Below are positions 52,566 through 64,000 of a stretch of DNA of 64,000 nucleotides, piece after piece. Each line of letters begins with the position of its first letter. The stretch's first letter is position 1. Under the pieces are notes generated by a model. It saw only the letters and a program-made list of their open reading frames with translations. It was not told the origin of the DNA and made no database searches. A program made the translations under genes and the position numbers. This DNA comes from Eledone cirrhosa (lineage: Eukaryota). The stretch lies in assembly GCA_964016885.1 (NCBI GenBank), contig OZ024743.1, positions 72,354,001-72,418,000 on the forward strand. The letters are read 5' to 3'.

Positions 52566-52784
52566 TTAACCCTTTAGCATTCACATTACTCTATATATAC
52601 TATTATATTTTCATGGTAAAGGCTTTACCTCGCATAATTATCTCACATAATATCGAATATATGAGATTTTGAAAGTATTTATTTTGAGAACACTACCTTA
52701 ACATCAGTTTGAGTGACCAGTTGCAGCCAGTTTCAACAGAAAAAGGTAGAGAATTCTGGCCGGTTTTGAACATTAAAGTGTTAA
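52566..52784. mobile_element. piggyBac-type MITE remnant
   Basis: TTAA-CCCTTTAGCATTCA ... TGAACATTAAAGTG-TTAA: imperfect TIR (10/14) starting CCC, with TTAA on both sides. Confidence 0.5.
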
Positions 52785-52899
52785 GACGAGATGAACGACG
52801 TCTAAGACCACACAACATGCGTCCATACATATCATTCACTTCTGAAACGTTACATTCTGAATAACGTTACTTTCTTTGCAACGCTACTAGTTCGGGTGA

Positions 52900-53220
52900 T
52901 TAGCAGGGAGATCGGAGAATCAATCCAAATAGATCCGTTACTTCTCCGAATTGAGAGATCACAGCTACGGGCATTTGGTTAGAATATCTCAGGAATGAAT
53001 CGCAGGACAGATTTTAGAGGCGAATCCAACTGTTCCAGTGGTAGACCTCGAGCTAGAAGGGTGGATAACATCCATGAGCTCGGCTAGTCTCACTTCTGGA
53101 TACAGTTGGAGCATTTGGAAAGGGCTGTCTCTGACAGGACCCACTTGATGGCATGTTTAAGGAGTCTGCTCCAACCTTCCTCTTAGGAAAAAGTGTGCGT
53201 GGAAGAAGGCGAAGAAGAAC
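52900..53220 (+). mobile_element. Degenerate RTE-clade LINE 3' fragment
   Basis: SREIGESIQIDPLLLRIERSQLR, GRPRAR.VDNIHELG; related to 530-946. Confidence 0.65.
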
Positions 53221-53762
53221 TTCTAAAACGAAGACCAGCTCATCCAGTCTATTAACCAGGTTAATTATAGTACGAATTTAATCTATATTATCACTTGTTT
53301 TCCATCAGCGATGCTAACAGATACGGCTCGGGTTTTGATTTTCTTCTCTATCCGAGAGTATATTTTGAATATATGAAGTAATTATCATGCAGAAATGTCA
53401 GTGTTCCCTCTAATATATTTAACATTTCTTTATGTTCTCATTCCCTAATGATCTTTGCACTTTTCTTCCTCTTCCTCTCATACCATTAATAGTTATTTCC
53501 AAAACTACTTTCCTTCTCTATATGTTTGATGAAATATTGAATTTTTATTATTTTTATGTAATTTCTCTTAAGAATATATTTGAATATTTTGAAATAAAAT
53601 AGTTTTTCCTTAAAAAAAAGTATTTTTTTGTTATTCAATTGCCAAATTTCAGGCCACTGGCATCTTTGAAAATTTCTCTTTTACTATTAATCACACACAC
53701 AAACTTACCTGTATGTCTGCTGTGTGTGCGTGAATGTATATGGATATATATATATATATATA

Positions 53763-53907
<145 letters not shown>

Positions 53908-53970
53908 ACTTATATTGATCGTATGTTTTGTCTTTGTCTATAAGATATCGCACCTTCAGATCGTTAAAAC

Positions 53971-55438
53971 CTGAATGCAATGTGGCTAGCTAGGTTAGGT
54001 GTTGTGGAGAATGAGATTTTAATGTTATTTTTTATTAAAGAGTTTGTAATATCTATGGTTGGGGGGATATGTTTAGATAGGATAGAGAAGAAGCGTTTAG
54101 GGATAGTAGTGGCTAGATTAGATGAGAATGGGAGGGTTAAGCCAGGTGACATTGCTAGGCCTATTCCTTCTAGGGGTTCTAGTGGAGTTGGTAGGGGCCT
54201 TCTTAGGGTTATTATTACCTGGGCATTTGTTATTTGTCATTCCATTGCTCATTCCTATTCTAGGGTTGATTTTTAGTTTGCTACTTGGAGTGGAAAGCAA
54301 GCCACTGCCACCATTATGGTTCACTGTATAAGTGCTGTTACTGCTAAAATTCAGGCGAATCTGGGTATATGCTAAGGTATTTCTAGTTCTAGTGTTAAGT
54401 TTATTATGGTTGTGGTGAAGTGCTGTGTTATGGCATTTAGGTATGTAGTAAATGTTCATAACCAGATTCAGAAAGAGCCTTATTATAATATGCCGCATGG
54501 TTTATAAATATCTCCTCATTTGCTGATAGCATGGAGATCATATACGAGATAGATTTGATTACTGCTCTGATGACTGCCGGTGGGTGGTTAGAGTGTGGGC
54601 TAATATATGTAAGTATTTCACCTGGTTTATGATAAGGATAATATAAGTTATTGCTAAGATCCAGAGTAACGTCTATGAAGTTTACTACTTCATGGTTCGG
54701 CTCGATGGTGATAGAGAGACCGTTATTTTTAAAGAATTTATGTAATTGTTTTTTGAGCAAGTGAATGCCTCGATTAGTGCAATTGTGGACTGCAAATAGG
54801 GCGTCGACCATATATATTCCGCCTTGCAAGGGTGGGATTTCAGCTCTGATGTTATGTAATAGGTAAATTCCAACCAAATCGGTGATTTGCGCAGAGTCAC
54901 TTCAGTCCATCGTGATATCAAAGTTTTCTGTTCTGTATTTTCTACTCCAGAGTGATCCGTTGAATTCAATGATGATCTGCCTAGCCATAAGTATGATATC
55001 AATCTAATTATTGGTTATGTCAGAGTTGGTTCTGGCTATGGTTAATGCTTTGTTGAGCAGTGCCGGGGTTATTGAAGCGTAATAGCTGTCAATGTCGAAT
55101 TGGAGGAACCTCATAGATTCCTTTGATCTTAGATCGGAGAACCATCTAATCACTTGGCCGGTGTTGGACCACAGCTTGTAGGTGATATCATCTCGTAGCT
55201 CAGGGATGATCCTATCGAGGATGTTCTTACTGATACGACCCAAGTCGGATGTGGTTGGGCTTATAAGTCTAATAGATGGGTTCTCTATAAAGTTTGGCTT
55301 GTGATCCTTGAGAGAAAACCTTGGGGTTGTAGGTACATAAGGGTGGGTAAATCTATCCAGATGCAAGTCCTTAACCAAAGCCTGGGCTTTTCGGTTAAGT
55401 AAGTTTACACTGGAGGGTATAGTTTTTTTATAGTTTTT
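53971..55438 (-). mobile_element. Internal fragment of a Naiad-like PLE (RT domain), truncated at both ends
   Basis: FSLKDHKPNF..PSIRLISP..SDLGRISK.ILDRI, LQFDIDSYYASI, NFDITM..DSAQITDLVGIYLL, VNFIDVTLDL, YPYHKP, SNHPP. Stops present and catalytic DD degraded. Confidence 0.88.
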
Positions 55439-55531
55439 ACAGATGTTTTGCTCAAGTACACAACAAACAACACAGCCCAGGAATCGAACGCACGACATTT
55501 TGATCGTAAGTTCAACACCCTTAACATTATA

Positions 55532-55565
<34 letters not shown>

Positions 55566-55571
<6 letters not shown>

Positions 55572-55800
55572 GTTAAGGGTGTTGAACTTACGATCAAAAT
55601 GTCGTGCGTTCGATTCCTGGGCTGTGTTGTTTGTTGTGAACTTGAGCAAAACATCTGTCACGTGGCTGAAGATGAGTACCAGCAATGGTTGTGGGTTTAA
55701 ACATGCGATGGATTGGGTTCCTCTCCAGGAAAGTGTTGTGTACTCTTATTTTCTTCATGACACGGAAACCAGGATAAGGACCATCCCGATGAGTCTCCGA
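55566..55800 (+). mobile_element. tRNA-derived SINE whose first ~93 bp are duplicated in inverted form at 55439-55531
   Basis: B-box-like GTTCGATTCC, then CTTGAGCAAAACA..GCTGAAGATGAGTACCAGC..TGCGATGGATTGG..TCCAGG..TACTC..CACGGAAACCAGG. Confidence 0.6.
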
Positions 55801-55974
55801 GATCGAGGTAGACGTTAGGTATTTTAGAATGTCTTGATTGAAATGTAACGTTTCTTAGGCATTTCTTTAAAGCCTGGTGGAGCCCATCTCCTCTCCAGAT
55901 CTGAATACAGCATTTTTCTCCGAGGGAAAGAGGGTAAGTGAGAAAGAAGAAATGAAAAATAGATAGAGAAGAGG

Positions 55975-56130
55975 AATCGATCCCAGTGCTTGACTATATA
56001 TTTTTATTGACATGGAAATGATTAAAGGCAAAGTTGACCTCGACGTAATTTGAACTCAGAGAGCAGAGAGCCAACACGAATGTTTCAAAGCATTCCATTT
56101 GACTTTCAAACGACTCTGCCTATTCGTCGC
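55975..56130 (-). mobile_element. Degenerate SINE, same family as 32300-32452
   Basis: Reverse complement reads GGCAGAGTCGTT..CTGAGTTCAAATTACGTCGAGGTCAACTTTGCCTTTAATC..CACTGGGATCGAT. Confidence 0.6.
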
Positions 56131-56843
56131 ATCTATGTATAATGCCTACCATACTGAATATCACTAACCTATGTGAAGTCAAATGAACACACCCACGCAC
56201 ATGTGATTACGGATACAAAAAACGAACAGAATTGAATCATAAATTTGCATGTGTCAAAAGATTTTGGTTCGTTACAATCATGTTATAAGGAAACATCTGG
56301 AATATTAACATCCATTCTTTTGAATTTCCAGAGTTATTAAATATTTAACTTTTCAAATTAACTGTTTCGTCGATATTGTATTGATTACTATGTCGCCATT
56401 TCTGAAAAGAAAATATATAACGAACATTTAAAATGTATTCAGATATCAGGCGTACACATTAATATAGAACATCTGATATTCCTATAACAAAGAAGGTATT
56501 ATCTTGGTTAGAAAAACACACATTTGACAAACAACAGTTATAAACTGAGAGACATTAAAATCAAAACAAAGAATTGTATTATGAACTGAGAAGAAATAAA
56601 TAACCCACATTCACATGAGTTCAAATAATATATTTGACAGTTATTTGACAGCAATTTCAATTAAGTGATTCTTTCTTAAAATCCATTCTCAGAACATTTC
56701 AAAGAATTGTTTCTTTTAAAAAATATAAATATCTGTTAATTGTTTTATTGACAAACATATTTCACTTTTTGTAAAATATTTGCATGAAAAATTGCTTCAC
56801 AATGCTTTTTCAAACTAATTCTACTGGATGTTATCTTTCACAG

Positions 56844-56921
56844 CTGATTCGAGATATAATTTTCTACCACTAATTCAAAACTTTAATTCTATCACACACC
56901 AAACAATTGTCTTCCATGATG
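56844..56921 (+). other. Possible 78-nt host-gene internal exon (phase 1-1)
   Basis: TTATCTTTCACAG acceptor, G|GTAAGT donor, open frame xDSRYNFLPLIQNFNSITHQTIVFHD. No recognisable homology. Confidence 0.25.
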
Positions 56922-57747
56922 GTAAGTATAGATAACATAATAACATATTGAATATATAGTTGCGCAGAATATTTAAAACTAACTCCTTTAAGATCGTATT
57001 CTCCAATATTTCTCAGCAATAATCGTCCATTTAACGTTATTGGGTAGTTGGATTGGTCCTCAAATTTTAGAGCAAAAATTTACTATTCATTAGATGAAAT
57101 CCCATCTGAAACTGACTGGTATATAAATTATTCATGTTTTATATACATAAAACATGAATAATATATTTTTATAAATTAATAAACATTTTTGTCTCTGATG
57201 GAAAGGAAGTGAGAGTATATTTGAATTCATTGAACAACGAGAAAACTCAGCGCGAGAACACTTTTTAAATCAGCATTTAGACGTTTTAACAGGTCTTCAA
57301 GCGTTGCGGTTCCTCATTTTTCTATGGATTTATCTTATATATATGAGAGGATCAGATTGTGGTATAGAGTCTGTCACCCCTCTCCCTTTCTTTCGTTGAT
57401 TCATCCTCTTTCATTTTCATCCTTTCTTTTCCTTTTTTCTTTCTATTTGCTTCCCTTTAATAGTGTGCTTGGTTTTTTTATTAAATAAAAAGTATATTTA
57501 AAATTTCGTTATATTTCCTAAACTTGAGGTTTTTGAGAAATTTTATATTTTTCAAGAAACGGTATAATAATATCTGGTGAAATCCACAACACAAATTCAT
57601 GTCATAGTTATTCTAACCTTTTTCTCACAACTTTTTAAAAATTTTCTCACGAAAATATAAAAAGATAATGAAATTATTCTATCTTTAAAAAATTCATGTG
57701 TATATTAGTATATAAATTATTGATGTCTGTAATATATTAATGATACG

Positions 57748-58070
57748 TGAGGGCACATTTCTTAATCGTTAGCGCGTTGGGGTTGCAATTATAAGATTTT
57801 GAGTTCGATTCTAGAACCCGATGATGCGTTGTTTCCTTGAGCAAGACACTTTATTTCACGTTGCTCCAGTTCACTCAGCTGTAGTTGCAACGTGACTGGT
57901 GCCAAGTTGTTTCAGCCATTGTCTTTGACAACATTGGTGGCATGAGGAGGGGAGACTGATATGCATGGTCGACTGATGGTTTTCTATGAAAAACCTTGCC
58001 AGGAAGAGGAACTTTTGAGGCACAAATACCATGGTTATTCCTGACCGAAAGTGGTTTTTAACCTTTTTAC
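57748..58070 (+). mobile_element. tRNA-derived SINE
   Basis: B-box GAGTTCGATTC, then GTTTCCTTGAGCAAGACACTTTATTTCACGTTGCTCCAGTTCACTCAGCTG, and an ACCTTT-like tail. Confidence 0.65.
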
Positions 58071-59515
58071 TAATGATAAATTCCTATTATTCCATTTCTT
58101 TGACCTTTACGTACATATTAATTTAATACGCTGCTCTGATGTAAAACTGTACGGTAATTTATTAGATTATATAATACCGTAGGAGGCAACGTGTTATATA
58201 ATGAAGCTTAGCTAAATTCGAAAACGAAATACTGGTAATATATACGTACAAATTGATTAAAATAATTAACCTATGTTAATATCTGATTAACAAATCACAC
58301 ATCTGACAGTGAATAGGATCCTTTAGAAGAAAGGAATCATTAAGGACACGAATAAGGTACTTGGAGTAAATTGTCTTAATTCGAGTAGTGATGACACAGA
58401 ATTAATTAACATAACATGATCCCAATATTATTTCACTAACTACGGTATATATATTTATTTGTACAGTTAATATGTTAATAATATTGCAAATAAAGTGTAG
58501 ATTAATGGAGGGGAAATTTCAAATCAAATCCAACACATATAATTGTTAAGAACCGCAAAAACCTTTCGATGAACATAAACAGAAAAATGTTAGTGGCGAG
58601 GCGACCGAGGCGATATACATTAATCCTACACATAAAATAGCAGAGAATGCGTCAATTAAATGCCGAACATCGGAACATATTGAAAACCTAAAAGAGTGAA
58701 ACAGCTTTTGGAAGTCTTTTGAACTAAAATAATGTTTAATGTATGAACTACTTTTAGCAAATACAAACTTCAAATACTCGAAACGTTGCGTACAAGTGTT
58801 GAATAATTTCACAGGTCATTTAAATTATCGGATTTTAAATCAGAATAGTGTATTTCTAGAAATTAGAGTTGTAGATAGCGTGTTAACGTACGTTACACAC
58901 GGGAATTCCCCCAGTAAACATTCGACATTTCCAATTTGAACACTGTCTTTTAAACTACATGTTGGTTAATGGTCTAAAATGAAATTAAACGTTTGAAATA
59001 TTTCCACAGGCGTTATTATAAACAGATTTCAATTAATGGTAAAGAATTTTATTGAAAGTGCTGTTGGCTAAAATATGACGATTATGGTTCAAGGCAAATG
59101 CAACTTAAAATCAATCTCATTATCCTTTACATGCCAAGATAAAGAATAGTAATCGATGCCCTTTGTTGGTGTAGAGGGTTTGTGTGTTCATTAACACATA
59201 TCTCATTGTTTATTTACTTAAAATAGTTATCACTTTCATCCACAAAATACAACATAAACTTGCGTTAATACATGTTTAATATTATGTTTCTATTTACTAA
59301 TATTAATTCGATCTGGGTATAGTTTCATTAAAAACACAAACGAAATGAAATATAAAATAACAGAGGAAAAAAAATATCAAGTTTCTTATATAAAAAAGCG
59401 GTTGATTGGCTCTCTCTGAAACATTTTGTCAACTCTAGAGATCGGAGAGCTGTGAGTAGCCTATCAGAATACTTTTGCACAAAAAGGAAGATGTTTGAGT
59501 GAGACAGAGAAGTGG

Positions 59516-59577
<62 letters not shown>

Positions 59578-60391
59578 TATTTTCCGTTGTGTTGTAATAT
59601 AAATATTACACACAGTAGATTATCAGCTCACGTAGAGTTTGCTCGACGGTTCCAGTTGTAGTTCCAAAAGTAATCCGGAGAAAAATAGAAAGATTTGAAT
59701 GGATACAGTTTAGTTGAAAGGAATTTATTGACACGTGTTTCTATAACAGTTACATAACCTAAAACAGCTATCTACAAACTTTTAGTTATGCAGACATTCC
59801 ATATTTCAATGTTATTATTTACTGTCATTTCATCAGAATAATATTACTGAGGACCTATTTAGTTTTTATAGAGAATATTAGGAGGGAGGGTTGAAGTTGT
59901 TAGAAGAATAGTTGAAGGAGTGGTTTTTCGATAGCAGTGAGAATTCTTGGTGGCAGTGAGTAATTAGATTCCCATCTGTTGTTTTGACATTTTTTATAGA
60001 ATATATAATTGGTTATTTTTCTAAATCTATAGAAGGATTAGAGATAGTGAAGATATGCGTGGTTGGTTTTGTGTTTGCACTTAATTAACATTCAGACTTA
60101 AATTTTTCTTTCAAGTGTACGTATTCTTTCACCCACGCATTCACACACAACTATATTTGCACACCTCTACAAAATACATATACACACAATTCACATATTC
60201 ATACTTACATATATATACACATGCATACACATATATACACACATGTATTTATGTACATACATACGCGCTCATGTGTATACATTTTCATACTCAACTTATC
60301 TTTATATACACACGTATAGACACACACATATATACATACATACTCTAGTCCATGTGTACACACATACACATACATACACATCCATATACAC

Positions 60392-60500
<109 letters not shown>

Positions 60501-60818
60501 TACACATACATACATATACACACATATACATATATATATATATATATAAGCACTTTAATACATGAATACACTTACATCTAACTATACACATCAAACATAT
60601 ATATATATTTACTTATTTATATACATTTTCACATATATATATACATACTTATGGACGTTTTAGACACATTCATTATCGCATATTTGTACCTATTCTCATC
60701 AGCATATCTTTTCATTATTAGTATGGTAATTTAAGGTTATTAATATATGTTGAGAAGAGATTGTTTTTATATTTTTCTAACTAGATTAAGGTTTATATAG
60801 TTGGGGGATGTCCCTCTT

Positions 60819-61919
60819 TTATGTAATATTCGGCTTGTAGTGGGAAAAAAGGGTTTTAGTTCTGTGACGGCAGAATAATGTTCGTTCAATTCTGTTATTC
60901 AGCAGTTTCTTCTTGTGTGTGATTATGTAATAAATCTCAAGATTACACAATTTGCAGAAATTTTGGCTCCTGGAAAAGCTTTGGGTTTTAGCTAATTTTT
61001 CCCATTTTAGGGTAAACTTTTGATCGCTATCCCTGAGCGTCCAAGCTTTTTCTGCTAGAGTTGTTACATTTCTTTGGCTCTGGTGTTTTATTGAGTAAGA
61101 ATGCCTATACAATCGAGATTTAAACGATGTTGCCGTTGATCCCACGTAATACCACTCGTTGCCTCCGGATTTAATGGTACACTTATAAATAATATTTTTT
61201 TCCAGGCAGTTATTGCCGAGGGGGCAGTTGTCAGGATAGGTGCAGTTACAGTTGTGTACGTTGGGTTTTCTCTGGAGTAGTATTGCGGACGAACTTAGGT
61301 GTGGTTTATTTATGTTCTGTAGTGTATTGTCTACTGTTTTTTTTGTGTTCTTTGTACTTAAGTTCTTAGTGTTTTCGTTTAACCTTCTAGTATTGATCTT
61401 TTTTATGTGTTGTTCAAGGTTTAACGCTGTAGAGTATGACAGTCTTATAGTGGTAGGGTTTAGGATTTTGTGGTATTTGTGTGATGTGGGAAAATGTCTT
61501 TTAATTATTTTAAAGAAGAGTACTGGTAAATTTGTACTAATGGAGCTATTGTATTCGGGGTTATACCATAAGTACTCTTTGCATCGCTTTCTATTAGTTT
61601 TGTTTGTTGGTTTACTGGTGTGCATACTATGGTAGTAAGTGTGGTTTGGTGTTGTGTTATTATATCTACCTATGTGGGATTTATTTTGGGTGTTTTGATT
61701 GTTCCCATCTATGTACTCTATTTTGTTGAGGTAGCCTGCTTTACTAAGGGCGTTATCGTAGTACTCGGCGTGTTCCTTAAATACTTGTATGTTAGAAGAT
61801 AGACCCGAGATTCTAAGGGAAATATTTTTAGGGATAGATTTAATTATAGAGATGGGGTGGTTAGACCCAACATTTACGTATTTGAGATTTTCATTCAATT
61901 TATGAAACGGTTTAATCAA
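60819..61919 (-). CDS. PLE polyprotein C-terminal part (RT thumb, Cys linker, GIY-YIG), open but 5'-truncated
   Basis: KPFHK, SNHP, WYNP.Y, NCNCTYPDNCPLGNNCLEKNIIYKC, YYVGST..FKSRLYRH, CKLCNLE, LLNNR.E...CRHR. Confidence 0.88.
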   Translation of the reverse strand: MIKPFHKLNENLKYVNVGSNHPISIIKSIPKNISLRISGLSSNIQVFKEHAEYYDNALSKAGYLNKIEYIDGNNQNTQNKSHIGRYNNTTPNHTYYHSMHTSKPTNKTNRKRCKEYLWYNPEYNSSISTNLPVLFFKIIKRHFPTSHKYHKILNPTTIRLSYSTALNLEQHIKKINTRRLNENTKNLSTKNTKKTVDNTLQNINKPHLSSSAILLQRKPNVHNCNCTYPDNCPLGNNCLEKNIIYKCTIKSGGNEWYYVGSTATSFKSRLYRHSYSIKHQSQRNVTTLAEKAWTLRDSDQKFTLKWEKLAKTQSFSRSQNFCKLCNLEIYYIITHKKKLLNNRIERTLFCRHRTKTLFSHYKPNIT

Positions 61920-62064
61920 ACCAGAGTTTAAATTGTGAAAATGTATATAAATAAGTAAATATATATATATGTTTGATGTGTATAGTTAGATGTAAGTGTA
62001 TTCATGTATTAAAGTGCTTATATATATATATATATGTATATGTGTGTATATGTATGTATGTGTA

Positions 62065-62161
<97 letters not shown>

Positions 62162-62711
62162 GTGTATATGGATGTGTATGTATGTGTATGTGTGTACACA
62201 TGGACTAGAGTATGTATGTATATATGTGTGTGTCTATACGTGTGTATATAAAGATAAGTTGAGTATGAAAATGTATACACATGAGCACGTATGTATGTAC
62301 ATAAATACATGTGTGTATATATGTGTATGCATGTGTATATATATGTAAGTATGAATATGTGAATTGTGTGTATATGTATTTTGTAGAGGTGTGCAAATAT
62401 ATTTGTGTGTGAATGCGTGGGTGAAAGGATACGTACACTTGAAAGAAAAATTTAAGTCTGAATGTTAATTAAGTGCAAACACAAAACCAACCACGCATAT
62501 CTTCACTATCTCTAATCCTTCTATAGATTTAGAAAAATAACCAATAATATATTCTATAAAAAATGTCAAAACAACAGATGGGAATCTAATTACTCACTGC
62601 CACCAAGAATTCTAACTGCTATCGAAAAACCACTCCTTCAACTATTCTTCTAATAACTTCACCCCTCCCTCCTAATATTCTCTATAAAAACTAAATAGGT
62701 CCTCAGTAATA

Positions 62712-62828
62712 TTATTCTGATGAAATGACAGTAAATAATAACATTGAAATATTGAATGTCTGCATAACTAAAAGTTTGTAGATAGCTGTTTTAGGTTATG
62801 TAACTGTTATAGAAACACGTGTCAATAA
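62712..62828 (+). ncRNA. Type I hammerhead ribozyme with large stem II insertion (mirror copy on minus strand at 59725-59841)
   Basis: TTATT-CTGATGA-a-ATGACAGT..[~70 nt]..ACTGTTAT-a-GAAAC-ACGT-GTC-AATAA. Confidence 0.8.
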
Positions 62829-63032
62829 ATTCCTTTCAACTAAACTGTATCCATTCAAATCTTTCTATTTTTCTCCGGATTACTTTTGGAACTACAACTG
62901 GAACCGTCGAGCAAACTCTACGTGAGCTGATAATCTACTGTGTGTAATATTTATATTACAACACAACGGAAAATACTGTATATTTACCTCCTGTAAAGTC
63001 GAGCAACCCACACAGCAAACGCAACCACAACA

Positions 63033-64000
63033 ATGGAAAAACACTACCTGGATATGTCACTCAAAAACATACCAACCCAGGGTAGAAAGGAATATTTATT
63101 GAGCATGATTCAAAAAACTAATGAATTCATTCGACGTGTCAGGTGGAAAACGCTCCACTATGATAGAAGCCGTATGAACTCAACATTAGAAAGTGGTGTA
63201 AACAACAAATTCGGTTTTAGGACTTGTAAAAACCCACCCACCAACCCACTATTAGATGCATTTGAGCAGGACCTTATGAACTTAATCCTTAAAATTAAAT
63301 TCAAAGGACGCAACACCAACAGCAAATTACAGAAAGATATAAAAAACTACTGGACGACCTTAAAAACACCAAAGGAATTGTAGTAAAAGCGGACAAAACA
63401 TCAAACCTGTACACTATGGATTGCACTACATACAACAACTTCATTCGAAAAGAATTACATAAAAAATATAGAAAAACGAGTGAAGTAACCCTTAAGCACA
63501 TCAATGATGAGGCATGCGAAATAGTGAAAAATCTCGGAATCGAAGATAGGACAGGACCACTCTTACCGGCGGTACCCACCTTCAATCTTAAGGACCACAA
63601 GGTAAACTTTGATAATGACCCTAAAATTAGATTAATCTGCCCCTCTAAATCAGATATAGGTAAAATAAGCAAATATATCTTAAATAGAATCATCCCCCAA
63701 ATTAAGGCTAAGGTTAACATTAAACTCTGGGGGAAGACCCAGGAAGCAATAAGATGGTTTAATAGCATTAGCAATAAGAATAAATCTAAGTTTATCCAGT
63801 TTGATATCGATGAATATTACACATCGATATCACCTGAAACTTTGAATAGAGCCATTAAGTTTGCTAAGGATAACTCTGACCTTACAAACGATGAAATTAA
63901 GATTATATTAGAAGCTAGGAAAACTATAGTCAAATTTGAGAACAGTTATTGGGTACGTAAAGATAGACCCTCTAACTTTGACATAACAATGGGCTCTAAC
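63033..64000 (+). pseudogene. PLE polyprotein N-terminus and RT, one frameshift near 63345, truncated by window end
   Basis: MSLKNIP..Y...IQK..EFIRRVRWK, FGFRT.K.PP..L..FEQDL, then ADKTSNLY, LKDHK.NF..PKIRLICPSKSDIGKISK, IQFDIDEYY.SI, NFDITMGS. Confidence 0.9.

Noticed and set aside
57128-57161. Perfect 15-bp AT-rich inverted repeat
   Set aside because: Isolated and low-complexity, with no associated feature.
55566-57830. tRNA genes at B-box-like motifs
   Set aside because: No complete cloverleaf; the motifs continue into SINE bodies.

Overview
Eukaryotic, AT-rich, microsatellite-dense genomic DNA with no confidently identifiable host gene. Its SINE and MITE fragments resemble, from memory, abundant octopus (coleoid cephalopod) repeats; this is inference. 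The window has two halves. (1) 947-29416 is a nest of seven non-LTR retrotransposons separated by (AAT)n tracts. Three are Tx1/L1-type APE-endonuclease elements, all on the minus strand. Four are R4/Dong-type restriction-like-endonuclease (RLE) elements, all on the plus strand. One Dong copy (24518-29379) has an intact 1130-aa ORF, a strong strand-specific A-to-G excess suggestive of ADAR-edited RNA fixed by reverse transcription, and a conserved candidate GT-AG intron in its 5' UTR. (2) 35-64 kb holds many Penelope-like element (PLE; Naiad- and Neptune-like) fragments anchored in (TA)n, mostly built as inverted pairs with both 3' ends facing outward and carrying type I hammerhead ribozymes. 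It also holds a ~430-bp tandem array (48542-51142) with a minimal hammerhead in every complete unit, i.e. a candidate non-LTR retrozyme / circRNA-producing element. Coordinates and counts were read by eye and are approximate.
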